From positions 1-39,466 of the forward strand of contig JBKPBQ010000575.1 of assembly GCA_046726955.1 (NCBI GenBank): a stretch of DNA of 39,466 nucleotides, given 5' to 3'. A program made the translations under genes and the position numbers. Origin of the DNA: Acidobacteriota bacterium (GTDB taxonomy: Bacteria > Acidobacteriota > Vicinamibacteria > Fen-336). Shown here in pieces: positions 8,089-16,603 of this stretch; the first letter of the stretch is position 1; each line of letters opens with the position of its first letter. The notes under the pieces were generated by a model. It saw nothing but the letters and a program-made list of their open reading frames with translations, was not told the origin of the DNA and searched no databases.

Positions 8089-8865
8089 TCAGAGGGCGGA
8101 CATCCCCATCACGTGGAACCCGCCGTCCACGTGGAGGACCTCGCCGGTGACGCCGCGGGAGAGCGGAGAGACGAGGAAGAGCGCCGCGTCCCCGACCTCC
8201 TCCTGCTCCGTGTTCTTGCGCAGCGGGGCGTGCGTCCGGTGGTACTCGAGCATCTTCGAGATCCCGTGGACGCCGGAGGCGGCGAGCGTCTTGATGGGCC
8301 CCGCGGAGATCGCGTTCACCCGGATGCCCTTGGGTCCGAGGTCGGCGGCGAGGTAGCGCACCGACATGTCGAGGGCGGCCTTGGCCACACCCATCACGTT
8401 GTAGTGGGGAACGACGCGCTCGCCGCCCAGGTAGGTCAGGGTCACGATGCTGCCGCCCCGGCCCTCCATGAGGGGCACGACGGCCCGGGCGAGCGCGGTG
8501 AGCGAGTAGGACGAGATGTCCTGGGCCACGCGGTAGCCTTCGCGCGACGTGCTCAGGAACTCCCCGTCGAGCTCTTCGCGCAGCGCATACGCCACCCCGT
8601 GGACCACGAAGTCGAGGCCGCCGAAGTCCTTCTTCACCGCCTCCGCGAGGGCGACGAGGTCGCCGTCGCGGCTCACGTCGCAGGGCAGGATGAGCGGGTC
8701 CTCGAGGCCGGCCGCGAGCTCGCGGACGTTCTCCTCCAGGCGTTCGCCCTGGAAGGTCACGGCGAGGCGCGCCCCCTCCCGGGCCACGGACTGCGCGATG
8801 CCCCAGGCGATCGACCGCTTGTTCGCGATCCCGAGGATGAGTCCGTGCTTCCCTTCGAGCAGCAT
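8089..8865 (-). CDS. fabI: Enoyl-ACP reductase (NADH) FabI
   Basis: The track gives 8089..8895. I prefer ATG 8865 because MLLEGKHGLILGIANKRSIAWGIA is a canonical FabI N-terminus. GGAGGA lies 4 nt upstream, and a TGATATATT -10 sits at 8894-8886, inside the longer ORF. The catalytic region is YNVMGVAKAAL. Confidence 0.9.
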   Translation of the reverse strand: MLLEGKHGLILGIANKRSIAWGIAQSVAREGARLAVTFQGERLEENVRELAAGLEDPLILPCDVSRDGDLVALAEAVKKDFGGLDFVVHGVAYALREELDGEFLSTSREGYRVAQDISSYSLTALARAVVPLMEGRGGSIVTLTYLGGERVVPHYNVMGVAKAALDMSVRYLAADLGPKGIRVNAISAGPIKTLAASGVHGISKMLEYHRTHAPLRKNTEQEEVGDAALFLVSPLSRGVTGEVLHVDGGFHVMGMSAL

Positions 8866-8885
8866 GGGGTCCTCCGCGAGGCGCG

Positions 8886-8894
8886 AATATATCA
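8886..8894 (-). promoter_or_regulatory. Extended -10 element TGATATATT for fabI (and probably the downstream hybrid kinase)
   Basis: Reverse complement of aatatatca, one of the most AT-rich spots I saw by eye. It lies 20 nt upstream of ATG 8865, with GGAGGA in between. Confidence 0.5.
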
Positions 8895-8901
8895 CCGCGG
8901 C

Positions 8902-8931
8902 GTGGACGTTCGCCCACCGTCCGGTTACGAT
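8902..8931 (+). promoter_or_regulatory. Candidate promoter for the GGDEF gene: -35 GTGGAC, 18-nt spacer, -10 TACGAT; 11 nt to the ATG (near-leaderless)
   Basis: TACGAT at 8926-8931. The gap cgcagcgacgc has no SD. The -35 match is weak. Confidence 0.4.
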
Positions 8932-8942
8932 CGCAGCGACGC

Positions 8943-10070
8943 ATGCAGTGGCGCGAGGAACCGGACCCGCTCTTCCAGGACGCCGCGGCCGCGGGCGAGC
9001 GGCTGGTGGCGCGGATCCGGCTCGTCGCGGTGGGTGTCATCGCGGCGATGCAGCTCGCCCCGGGCGCGGACCGCCGCGCCGACCAGGCCACCATCGGTCT
9101 CCTGCTCCTCGCCCTCGCCGCCGCCGCCGCCTTCTACCTGCTCCTCTTGCGACGGTACGAGCCGTGGATCGCCTTCGCGAGCAGCGCCGGCGACGTGACG
9201 TTCGTGACGCTGGGTCTCCTCTCCCTGGCCCTCGCCGGGAAGCCCCACGCCGCCGCCAACAGCATCTCGATCTTCGAGATCTACTTCCTCGTCATCGGCT
9301 GGTCCGCCCTGCGCTACGACTGGCGCGTCGTCGTCTCGACCGGCGGTCTCGCAATCCTGCAGTACGGGGGCCTGCTCGTCTACCTGACGAGCCGATACGA
9401 CCTGAACAGCGGGGACTACGCTCCCTACGCGGACGGGATGTTCTACCTGAACGCCCAGCTCGGGCGGCTGGCCTTTCTCGCCCTCGCCACGGGTCTCGCC
9501 GCGCTGATCGTGCAGCGAGCGCGGCAGCTGCGCCGACTCTCCTCCACCGACCGCCTGACCGGCCTCAGGAACCGGGGTGCCTTCGACGACCGCCTCGAGG
9601 AGGAGACGAGCCGGGCCCGCCGGCACCACCGCACGTTCACCGTGGCCTTCCTCGACGTCGACGCCTTCAAGGCCTGGAACGACGCCCACGGCCACGCGGG
9701 GGGCGACGCCGCGCTCAAGGCGGTGGCCGAGACCTGCCGCCGGACGCTCCGCCGCAGCGACGTCGTCGCGCGCTACGGGGGCGACGAGTTCGGGCTGATC
9801 CTGCCCGAGACCGCCGCTACCGAAGCGATGCGGAGGATGGAGGACCTGCGCGCGAGCGTGGGCTCGACGCTCCTGCTGACGGGCGTCGCGGGCGGTCGGG
9901 TCACGGTGAGCATCGGCGTCGCGAGCTGGCCCGCGGACGGCGTCCACGCCGCGGAAGTCGTGGCGAAGGCGGACGCGCGGCTCTACCAGGCCAAGCGCGA
10001 AGGGCGCAACCTCGTCGTGGGCCCGCAGGAGAGCGGCGACGAGGAAGCCGAGCTACGCGCCGGGGCGTGA
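8943..10070 (+). CDS. Membrane-anchored diguanylate cyclase (GGDEF) with an RxxD I-site
   Basis: About 190 N-terminal residues form roughly six hydrophobic helices. GGDEF domain motifs: RLTGLRNRGAF, FLDVDAFKAWNDAHGHAGGD, ARYGGDEFGLILPE. RRSD lies five residues before GGDEF. Confidence 0.9.
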   Translation: MQWREEPDPLFQDAAAAGERLVARIRLVAVGVIAAMQLAPGADRRADQATIGLLLLALAAAAAFYLLLLRRYEPWIAFASSAGDVTFVTLGLLSLALAGKPHAAANSISIFEIYFLVIGWSALRYDWRVVVSTGGLAILQYGGLLVYLTSRYDLNSGDYAPYADGMFYLNAQLGRLAFLALATGLAALIVQRARQLRRLSSTDRLTGLRNRGAFDDRLEEETSRARRHHRTFTVAFLDVDAFKAWNDAHGHAGGDAALKAVAETCRRTLRRSDVVARYGGDEFGLILPETAATEAMRRMEDLRASVGSTLLLTGVAGGRVTVSIGVASWPADGVHAAEVVAKADARLYQAKREGRNLVVGPQESGDEEAELRAGA

Positions 10071-10074
10071 CCCT

Positions 10075-11286
10075 CTAGGAGAGCGGTCCGAGGTCGTCGA
10101 CGGTCTTGCCTCGCAGCGCGAGGATCCGCTCCACGACCTCTCCCACCACGTTGTTCGGCGTGGAGGCGCCCGCGGTGAGACCCACGGTCACCTCGCCCGC
10201 GGGGAGCCAGTCCGCGGTCTCCGTCTCGGGCGCGTGGTAGAGGATGGGGCGGTGGAGGATCGCCGTCCCCACCAGGCGGTCGGCCCCGCTGATGTGGAAG
10301 GTCGGGGTGCGCTCGGCGCAGATGCGGGCGAGGGCCTGGGTGTTGCTGCTGTTGTAGCCGCCGATCACCACCATCACGTCGAGCCCGTCCTCCGCGAGCA
10401 GCCGCTGCACGGCGTCCTGGCGGTCCTGGGTGGCGGAGCAGATCGTGTCGAAGGCGCGGAAGCTCTCGCGGAGCCCGGCCTCCCCGTGGCGCTCGAGCAT
10501 GGCCCGGCGTAGCATCTCCTGTATCTCGAGGCTCTCGCTCATCAGCATCGTCGTCTGGTTGGCCAGGCCGATCCGGGCGAGGTCGCGCGAGGGCTCGAAG
10601 CCCGGGCTCACCGCCGCCGCGAAACGCGTCTGGAGCTCTTCCCCCGCCACCGTGCCCCGGATGAAGCCGCAAACGAGCGCCGCCTCCTCGCGGTCGCGCA
10701 CGCAGAGGTACCGGCCGCCATCGTGGGTGAGCGCCTGGGACGCGGTCGCCTTCGTCTCCTCGTGGTAGTGCTTGCCGTGGATCACGGCGGTGAAGCCGTC
10801 GCGCGCGTACTGGTGGACGTTCTTCCAGACGTTGAGCACGCTGCCGCACGTGGTATCGACGAGCACGCAGCCGCGGGCGCGCAGGAACTCCATCTCCAGG
10901 ACGGGAACCCCGAAGGCGGGAAGGATCACGACGTCCTCCGCCGAGACCTCGGCGTAGCGCTGCGCCGGGTCGTTGTCCTCGGGAAGGATGCGGATGCCGA
11001 GGCCGGAGAGCCGTCCGTTCACCTCGGGGTTGTGGATGATCTCCCCGGAGAGGAAGATCCGCCGGTCCGGGAACTTCTCCCGAGTCTCGTAGGCGTACTC
11101 GACGGCGCGGTCGACGCCGTAGCAGAAGCCGAACTCGCGGGCGAGCTTGAGCGTCAGCTCGCCGGCCCGGGCCCGGTAGTCGAGCTCCTTCAGCCGGTCC
11201 ACCACCTTGCTGTGGTAGCTCTGGGCGAGCACGGGACGAACGGCCGCCTTCAGGTTGAAGCCCTTCTGGAAGTAGGTCTGGCCCAC
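10075..11286 (-). CDS. ispH: 4-hydroxy-3-methylbut-2-enyl diphosphate reductase IspH/LytB (long form)
   Basis: Track ORF of 403 aa with a GTG start. FGFCYGVDRAVEYAY, DTTCGSVLNVW and DTICSATQDRQDA carry the three Fe-S cysteines. The N-terminal extension resembles the cyanobacterial/plant-type enzymes. Confidence 0.9.
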   Translation of the reverse strand: MGQTYFQKGFNLKAAVRPVLAQSYHSKVVDRLKELDYRARAGELTLKLAREFGFCYGVDRAVEYAYETREKFPDRRIFLSGEIIHNPEVNGRLSGLGIRILPEDNDPAQRYAEVSAEDVVILPAFGVPVLEMEFLRARGCVLVDTTCGSVLNVWKNVHQYARDGFTAVIHGKHYHEETKATASQALTHDGGRYLCVRDREEAALVCGFIRGTVAGEELQTRFAAAVSPGFEPSRDLARIGLANQTTMLMSESLEIQEMLRRAMLERHGEAGLRESFRAFDTICSATQDRQDAVQRLLAEDGLDVMVVIGGYNSSNTQALARICAERTPTFHISGADRLVGTAILHRPILYHAPETETADWLPAGEVTVGLTAGASTPNNVVGEVVERILALRGKTVDDLGPLS

Positions 11287-11291
11287 GTCCC

Positions 11292-11297
11292 AGGATA
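11292..11297 (-). promoter_or_regulatory. -10 hexamer TATCCT for ispH, 5 nt from the GTG start (leaderless candidate)
   Basis: Reverse complement of aggata. The same TATCCT hexamer appears upstream of phoB and of the 16604 gene. Confidence 0.4.
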
Positions 11298-11310
11298 ACC
11301 CGGGAAGCGC

Positions 11311-11331
11311 CCGAGCCTTGCCTGGGCTCGG
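11311..11331 (-). terminator. Weak hairpin immediately after the SDR gene stop (7-bp stem ccgagcc/ggctcgg, 7-nt loop, no U tract)
   Basis: Inverted repeat read directly at 11311-11317 and 11325-11331. It lies between the stop at 11335 and the ispH -10. Confidence 0.3.
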
Positions 11332-11334
11332 CCG

Positions 11335-12243
11335 CTATCGCCGAGGCGTCAAATACTCCCGCAACCCGTCCTCCAGCCGCCGGAACGGGAAGCCGTAGTA
11401 CTCGACGGCGGGCCGCGGGTCGACCTCCACCTCCTGCAGGATGAAGTCGATCGCGGTCGGCGACAGGATGGGCTCGGGCAGCAGCGCCATGGGCTTCACC
11501 AGCAGCTTCATGAGCGGCGCCGGATGGTGGAGGAGCGGCTGCTTCCGGCCGAGCACCTTCTGCACGGCGTGGATGATCTGGTCCATGGTGAGCTTCTCCG
11601 GCCCGCCGAGCTCGAACACCTTGTCCTTCGCATCCTCCCGGCGCGCCGACTCCGCGACGCAGCGCGCGACGTCGTGGACGGAGATGGGCTGCACCGGCGT
11701 CTTGCCGTCGCCGATCACCGGCACCACGGGAAGGTAGCGGACGAAGAACACGAACCGGTTCATGCTCCGGTCGCCCGGCCCGTAGATCCAGGACGGGCGC
11801 AGGATCGTGTGCTCCATCCCCGTGGCCCGGATCGCCGCCTCCGCGCGGTCCTTGGCGCGGAACCACGGCTGGGGCCGGTCCTGCCCTGCTCCCGCCCCCG
11901 ACAGGTAGACGAAGCGCCGGACGCCGAGCTTCTTCGCCACCGAGGCCGCCACCTCGGTGCCCTTCCCGTCCACCTCCATGTAGCTGCGGCCCCGCTTCGG
12001 GTCCTCCACCGGGTGGTTGGGGAACTGGATCGCGTGGACGACCACGTCGGCGCGGGTGAAGGCCTTGCCCAGAGAGACGGGATCTCCTGCGAAGGCCTGC
12101 ACCCGCTCGACGCGGCCGCCGAAGGGATCGGGCCCTCCCGGATCGCGCGTGGTCACCGCGACGTCGTCGCTCCCCGACTCGGTGAGGCGCTCGACGACCT
12201 CGCGCCCGATGAACCCGGTGCCGCCCGTGATCACGATGCGCAT
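11335..12243 (-). CDS. NAD(P)-binding atypical SDR / NDUFA9-like epimerase-family protein (substrate unknown)
   Basis: The track gives 11335..12408. The true start is most likely ATG 12243, since MRIVITGGTGFIGREVV puts the GxxGxxG motif at the N-terminus. AGGAGGG lies 6 nt upstream. Confidence 0.75.
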   Translation of the reverse strand: MRIVITGGTGFIGREVVERLTESGSDDVAVTTRDPGGPDPFGGRVERVQAFAGDPVSLGKAFTRADVVVHAIQFPNHPVEDPKRGRSYMEVDGKGTEVAASVAKKLGVRRFVYLSGAGAGQDRPQPWFRAKDRAEAAIRATGMEHTILRPSWIYGPGDRSMNRFVFFVRYLPVVPVIGDGKTPVQPISVHDVARCVAESARREDAKDKVFELGGPEKLTMDQIIHAVQKVLGRKQPLLHHPAPLMKLLVKPMALLPEPILSPTAIDFILQEVEVDPRPAVEYYGFPFRRLEDGLREYLTPRR

Positions 12244-12282
12244 GGCAAGCCCTCCTGAGCGCGACGGTGCGGAGCGCCCCGA

Positions 12283-12312
12283 GTTATACGCCAGGCCCGG
12301 CGAGCACGCCAA
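12283..12312 (-). promoter_or_regulatory. Candidate promoter for the SDR gene: -35 TTGGCG, 18-nt spacer, -10 TATAAC
   Basis: Reverse complements of cgccaa (12307-12312) and gttata (12283-12288). The leader contains AGGAGGG. Confidence 0.35.
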
Positions 12313-12319
12313 CGGCGCG

Positions 12320-12337
12320 GCGCCGTCCGGACGGCGC
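12320..12337. repeat. Perfect 18-bp palindrome GCGCCGTCC|GGACGGCGC in the divergent SDR/phoB control region (candidate operator)
   Basis: Read on both strands and cross-checked against the translation of track ORF 12284..12964. It lies 8 nt upstream of the SDR -35 and covers the -35 position of the phoB promoter. Confidence 0.5.
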
Positions 12338-12351
12338 TGCTCGTGACACAG

Positions 12352-12357
12352 TATCCT
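12352..12357 (+). promoter_or_regulatory. -10 hexamer TATCCT for phoB-phoR, 13 nt from the ATG (near-leaderless)
   Basis: cagTATCCTtggtgcatcccccATG, with no SD in the gap. Confidence 0.4.
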
Positions 12358-12370
12358 TGGTGCATCCCCC

Positions 12371-13060
12371 ATGCGCCGCGCCCTCGTCGTGGAAGACGAC
12401 CCCGACATCGTGGAGCTGCTCGTCCACTACCTGAAGGCCGAGGGCTTCTCCGTCGACGCCGCGGCGGACGGCCGCAAGGGCCTGGAGCGGCTGCGCGCGG
12501 AGGCCTACCAGCTCGTGATCCTCGACCTCCAGCTGCCGGGGATGGACGGCCTCACGCTCTGTACCGAGATCCGCCGCGACCGCCGGACGAAGGACGTGCC
12601 CGTGGTCATGCTCACGGCCCGCGGTGACGAGGCGGACCGCATCGTCGGGCTCGAGATGGGAGCGGACGACTACGTGGTGAAGCCGTTCAGCCCCAAGGAG
12701 CTCGTGGCGCGCGTGCGGGCCCTCTTCCGGCGCCTGGAGCGGAAGCCCGAGGACGAGATCCCGCTCGTCCGGGGGCCGCTCGAGGTGGACCGCCTGCGCC
12801 ACGTCGTGCGCTGGGACAGCCAGCCCGTCCACCTCACCGCCAAGGAGTTCGCCCTGCTCGTGGCCCTCCTCGAGGCCCAGGGCCGCGTGCTGAGCCGGCA
12901 GGCCCTCCTCGAGGACGTCTGGGGCTACTCGTACTCGGAAGGCACCCGCACGGTGGACGTGCACGTGCGGCGGCTGCGGGAGAAGATCCCCGGCCTCGCT
13001 CCCGCCATCGTCACCGTAAAGTCACTGGGCTATCGTCTCCTTCACGACGAGGAGAGCTGA
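12371..13060 (+). CDS. phoB: OmpR/PhoB-family response regulator, probable PhoB
   Basis: REC domain: ALVVEDDPDIV, LDLQLPGMDGL, KPF. Winged helix: LTAKEFALLVAL, TVDVHVRRLREKI. The stop overlaps the phoR start by 1 nt. The symbol rests on the PhoR-type partner and the downstream phosphate genes. Confidence 0.8.
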   Translation: MRRALVVEDDPDIVELLVHYLKAEGFSVDAAADGRKGLERLRAEAYQLVILDLQLPGMDGLTLCTEIRRDRRTKDVPVVMLTARGDEADRIVGLEMGADDYVVKPFSPKELVARVRALFRRLERKPEDEIPLVRGPLEVDRLRHVVRWDSQPVHLTAKEFALLVALLEAQGRVLSRQALLEDVWGYSYSEGTRTVDVHVRRLREKIPGLAPAIVTVKSLGYRLLHDEES

Positions 13061-14841
13061 TGTCGCTGCGCACGCGCATGGTGGTGACGGCCGCGGCGGC
13101 GGTCCTGGCCTTCCTCGTCGCCGTCCTCGTCCTCGCCACTCCGGGTCTCAAGCGCCGCGCGATCGAGCAGTCGGAGACGACGCTGCTCGCCGAGGCGCGG
13201 CTCATGGCCCGCGTGACGGCGCCGGCCATGGCCCGCGGCGCGGGCGTCGAGACGATCGACCCCCTCGTGGACACGGCCGCGCGCGACGTCCAGGCGCGGG
13301 TCACGATCGTGGCCCCCGACGGCCGCGTGGTCGGCGACTCGACGCTCTCCGGACCCGCCCTCCTCGCCCTCGAGAACCACGGCCACCGGCCCGAAGTGCA
13401 GGCGGCCATGCGCGGCGAGCCCTTCGCGATCACGCGCTTCAGCACTACCGTCCACGACGAGCTCGTCTACGCCGCGGTGCCGATCCGGACCGACACCCGG
13501 GTCGTCGGCGTCGCCCGCGTCGCCCTTTCCACCGCGGCGGTGCGCGGGCAGGTCGCGGAGCTGGGGCGGGCGCTCGGGTTCGCGCTCGCCCTCGCCGCGG
13601 CCACCGCGCTCCTCGTGGCTTTCGCCCTCTCCGCGCCGCTCGCCGCCTCCCTGCGCGAGATCATGGAGACGGCGCGGCAGTTCGCGGCGGGAAACCTCGC
13701 CGCCCGCATCCGCGTGCGCCGAACCGACGAGCTCGGCGAGCTCGGCCGGATCCTCAACCACTCCGCCGACCAGCTCCAGGAGCGACTGAGCGAGATCGCC
13801 CGGGAGCGCGCCCGCCAGGGGGCGATCCTCGCCGCGATGGAGGACGGTGTCCTCGCCGTGGACCACCGCGGCACCGTGATCCTGGCCAACCAGTCCCTGA
13901 CCGCGAGCCTCGACCTCCGCGATCCGGTGGGCCGCCACTACGTGGAGGTGATCCGCCAGCGGGAGGTGGGGGCCGTGATCGAGGAGGTGCTGCGCACCGA
14001 GATGCGCCGGGAAGCGGAGGTGGAGCTCCGCCAGCTGCAGCGCGTGTTCTATCTGAGCGCCGTGCCGTTCCCGGGCGCGGAAGGCACGCCCCCCGGTGTC
14101 GTCCTGACCTTCCACGACGCCACGGAGCGGCGACGGGTGGACAGCATCCGGCGCGACTTCGTCGCCAACGCGTCGCACGAGCTGCGCACACCGCTCACCT
14201 CCATCCGCGGCTTCGTGGAAGCGCTCGAGGACGGAGCGGTGGCGGAGGCGGAGACGGCGCAGCGCTTCCTGGGAAAGATCCGCGTCCACGCCGACCGCAT
14301 GGCCGCGCTCGTGGAAGACCTCCTGGAGCTGTCGCGGCTCGAGTCCGGGGAGCGGCCGCCCCTCTGGGAAGAGGTGAGTCCCGCCGACGTGGTGGAGGAC
14401 GTCGTGGTCTCCTTCACCGGCCTCGCCGGGCGCAAGCAGATCGCCCTGCACCGCACCGACGGAGGAGCGCCCGCGGTCGTCACGGACGCGGACCGTCTGC
14501 GCCGCATCCTCGAGAACCTGGTGGAGAACGCGGTCAAGTACACGCCGGAGGGAGGGCGGGTGGAGGTTCGCAGCGCTCCCGGCCCCGACGGCGGGGTCAC
14601 GGTCGAGGTCAAGGACGACGGTCCCGGCATCGGCGCCGAGCACCTCCCGCGGATCTTCGAGCGGTTCTACCGCGTGGACAAGGCGCGGAGCCGCGAGCTC
14701 GGGGGCACGGGCCTGGGTCTCGCCATCGTGAAGCACCTCGCGGAGGGCATGGGCGCTTTCGTGTCGGTGGAGAGCGTCTCCGGGACGGGGACCTCCTTCC
14801 GGGTCCACGTGCCCGCAGGCCGGGAGCACCCTCGTTCCTGA
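13060..14841 (+). CDS. phoR: Phosphate-regulon-type sensor histidine kinase PhoR (TM-periplasmic-TM-HAMP-PAS-HisKA-HATPase)
   Basis: H-box FVANASHELRTPLTSIRGF. The PhoR-like C-terminus is RFYRVDKARSRELGGTGLGLAIVKH. HAMP after the second TM: ETARQFAAGNLAARI. Confidence 0.8.
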   Translation: MSLRTRMVVTAAAAVLAFLVAVLVLATPGLKRRAIEQSETTLLAEARLMARVTAPAMARGAGVETIDPLVDTAARDVQARVTIVAPDGRVVGDSTLSGPALLALENHGHRPEVQAAMRGEPFAITRFSTTVHDELVYAAVPIRTDTRVVGVARVALSTAAVRGQVAELGRALGFALALAAATALLVAFALSAPLAASLREIMETARQFAAGNLAARIRVRRTDELGELGRILNHSADQLQERLSEIARERARQGAILAAMEDGVLAVDHRGTVILANQSLTASLDLRDPVGRHYVEVIRQREVGAVIEEVLRTEMRREAEVELRQLQRVFYLSAVPFPGAEGTPPGVVLTFHDATERRRVDSIRRDFVANASHELRTPLTSIRGFVEALEDGAVAEAETAQRFLGKIRVHADRMAALVEDLLELSRLESGERPPLWEEVSPADVVEDVVVSFTGLAGRKQIALHRTDGGAPAVVTDADRLRRILENLVENAVKYTPEGGRVEVRSAPGPDGGVTVEVKDDGPGIGAEHLPRIFERFYRVDKARSRELGGTGLGLAIVKHLAEGMGAFVSVESVSGTGTSFRVHVPAGREHPRS

Positions 14842-14862
14842 GTCGTGGTAGCATCGCGGCGC

Positions 14863-14884
14863 CTGTCACCGAAAAGTAACGGAA
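14863..14884 (+). promoter_or_regulatory. Pho-box-like direct repeat with 11-bp period (CTGTCACCGAA / AAGTAACGGAA)
   Basis: The first half-site CTGTCAC matches the E. coli Pho-box heptamer CTGTCAT at 6 of 7 positions. In the GTCACCGAAAA / GTAACGGAAAC register the two repeats share 8 of 11 nt. The element lies 13 nt upstream of a TACACT -10 and directly downstream of phoR. Confidence 0.4.
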
Positions 14885-14897
14885 ACGCCTTCCTTCT

Positions 14898-14903
14898 TAC
14901 ACT
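14898..14903 (+). promoter_or_regulatory. -10 hexamer TACACT for the DUF47-PiT genes, 11 nt from the ATG (near-leaderless)
   Basis: cttACACT read as TACACT at 14898-14903. An alternative extended -10, TGGTAGCAT at 14846-14854, would give a leader of about 55 nt. I cannot choose between them from sequence alone. Confidence 0.35.
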
Positions 14904-14914
14904 ACAGGTGCCCC

Positions 14915-15565
14915 ATGAAAGCCGACAACTTCATCCGGTGGTTCATGCCCCGGGAGGAGCGCTTCCACGACCTGCTCGCCCAGAGCGCGCAGAACCTGCT
15001 CCGGGGCGCCCGCCTCTTCGCCGAGATCGCCAATGCGACCACCCTCGAGCAGCGCCGGGTGAAGACGGTCCAGCTCAAGGCCATCGAGCACGACGGGGAC
15101 CAGGTGACGCGAAGGATCTTCGAGGCCCTGAACTCGACCTTCATCACGCCCCTCGACCGCGAGGACATCCGCATGCTCGCCAGCGACCTCGACGACATCC
15201 TCGACTACCTGGAGAGCGCGGCGCAGTACCTGACGCTCTTCGAGCTCGCCGACTCACCGGACGGCCTCCGCCGCTTCTCCGAGATCCTCGTGGAGATGGC
15301 GACCGAGGTGGAGCGCACGCTCGCGCTCATCTGGGACCTCGGCAACGTGAGGGTGATCCAGGAGGGCATCGTGCGGGTGTCGGAGCTCGAGAACCAGGGC
15401 GACTCCCTCTACGCCACCGTGATCGCCGACCTCTTCCGCAAGGACAGCCGCAACCCCGTGGAGATCATGAAGTGGAAGGAGATCTACGACGGGCTGGAGG
15501 AGGCGTGCGACGCTTGCAAGGACTTCACCCACATCGTCGGCAACGTCGTGATCAAGAACGCCTGA
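14915..15565 (+). CDS. DUF47 / PhoU-related protein, the usual partner of PiT transporters
   Basis: Track ORF of 216 aa, helical. Motifs FITPLDREDIRMLASDLDDILD and WKEIYDGLEEACDACKD. It lies 16 nt upstream of the PiT gene. Confidence 0.8.
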   Translation: MKADNFIRWFMPREERFHDLLAQSAQNLLRGARLFAEIANATTLEQRRVKTVQLKAIEHDGDQVTRRIFEALNSTFITPLDREDIRMLASDLDDILDYLESAAQYLTLFELADSPDGLRRFSEILVEMATEVERTLALIWDLGNVRVIQEGIVRVSELENQGDSLYATVIADLFRKDSRNPVEIMKWKEIYDGLEEACDACKDFTHIVGNVVIKNA

Positions 15566-15581
15566 CCGGCCCTCCGCGAAG

Positions 15582-16583
15582 ATGGCGACCGAAACCACCT
15601 TCCTGATCTTCATCATCCTCGTGGCGCTCGCCTTCGACTTCCTGAACGGCTTCCACGACGCCGCCAACTCGATCGCCACCGTCGTCTCCACGCGCGTGCT
15701 CACTCCGCAGATCGCGGTGCTCTGGGCCGCCTTCTTCAACTTCGTGGCCGCGTTCGTGCTGGGGACGCACGTGGCGAAGACCCTGGGCAAGGGGATGATC
15801 GACCTCTCTATCGTCACGCCCGAGGTGATACTCGCCGGCCTCGTCGGGGCCATCGCGTGGAACCTCATCACCTGGTACTACGGCATCCCCGTCTCCTCCT
15901 CGCACGCGCTCTGGGGCGGGTACGCGGGCGCGGCGGTGGCCAAGGCCGGCTTCGCGGCGATCATCGTCTCGGGATGGGTGAAGCCGATCGCCTTCATCGT
16001 CCTCGCCCCGCTGTTCGGCGCCATCGTCGCGTTCTTCCTGACCGTCGCCGTGACGTGGACCTTCCGGAACTGGGTGCCCTACAAGCTCGACAAGCTCTTC
16101 CGCCGCCTCCAGCTCTTGTCCGCGGGCTTCTACAGCCTGGGCCACGGGGGCAACGACGCCCAGAAGACGATGGGCATCATCACCGGGCTGCTCGTGACCG
16201 CGGGCCGCCTCGACAAGTTCGAGGTGCCGCTCTGGGTCATCCTCATCAGCCACGCCGCCATCGCCTTCGGCACCATGTTCGGGGGCTGGCGCATCGTGAA
16301 GACGATGGGGACGAAGATCACGAAGCTCCAGCCGTTCGGCGGCTTCTGCGCGGAGACCTCGGGCGCGCTCACGCTCGTGGGGGCGACGCTCTCGGGGATT
16401 CCCGTCTCCACCACGCACACGATCACCGGAGCGATCATCGGCGTGGGGGCGACCCGCCGGCTCTCCGCGGTGAAGTGGGGGGTCGCCCAGCGCATCGTGT
16501 GGGCCTGGGTCCTGACCATCCCCCTCTCCGGCCTCGTGGCCGCGGTCACGTACTTCGCCCTGCACCTCGCCCTCCATCCCTAG
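15582..16583 (+). CDS. pit: PiT (PHO4) family inorganic anion transporter, probably low-affinity phosphate permease
   Basis: FDFLNGFHDAANSIAT near the N-terminus and the repeat motif LGHGGNDAQKTMG. About 10 TM helices. Confidence 0.88.
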   Translation: MATETTFLIFIILVALAFDFLNGFHDAANSIATVVSTRVLTPQIAVLWAAFFNFVAAFVLGTHVAKTLGKGMIDLSIVTPEVILAGLVGAIAWNLITWYYGIPVSSSHALWGGYAGAAVAKAGFAAIIVSGWVKPIAFIVLAPLFGAIVAFFLTVAVTWTFRNWVPYKLDKLFRRLQLLSAGFYSLGHGGNDAQKTMGIITGLLVTAGRLDKFEVPLWVILISHAAIAFGTMFGGWRIVKTMGTKITKLQPFGGFCAETSGALTLVGATLSGIPVSTTHTITGAIIGVGATRRLSAVKWGVAQRIVWAWVLTIPLSGLVAAVTYFALHLALHP

Positions 16584-16590
16584 CCGGCGT

Positions 16591-16596
16591 TATCCT
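16591..16596 (+). promoter_or_regulatory. -10 hexamer TATCCT, 7 nt upstream of ATG 16604 (possible own leaderless promoter)
   Basis: gcgtTATCCTcgggggcATG, within the 20-nt gap after the pit stop. This is the third TATCCT found at a gene start in the window. Confidence 0.35.
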
Positions 16597-16603
16597 CGGG
16601 GGC

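Noticed and set aside
8866-8895. Longer fabI start (MIYSRLAEDP...)
   Set aside because: The extra 10 codons would contain the gene's own extended -10 and SD. The canonical FabI N-terminus begins at ATG 8865.
15857-16603. N-terminal extension of the MBL-rhodanese ORF across the pit gene
   Set aside because: The extension is His/Arg/Pro-rich nonsense overlapping PiT in another frame. A clean MBL N-terminus starts at ATG 16604.
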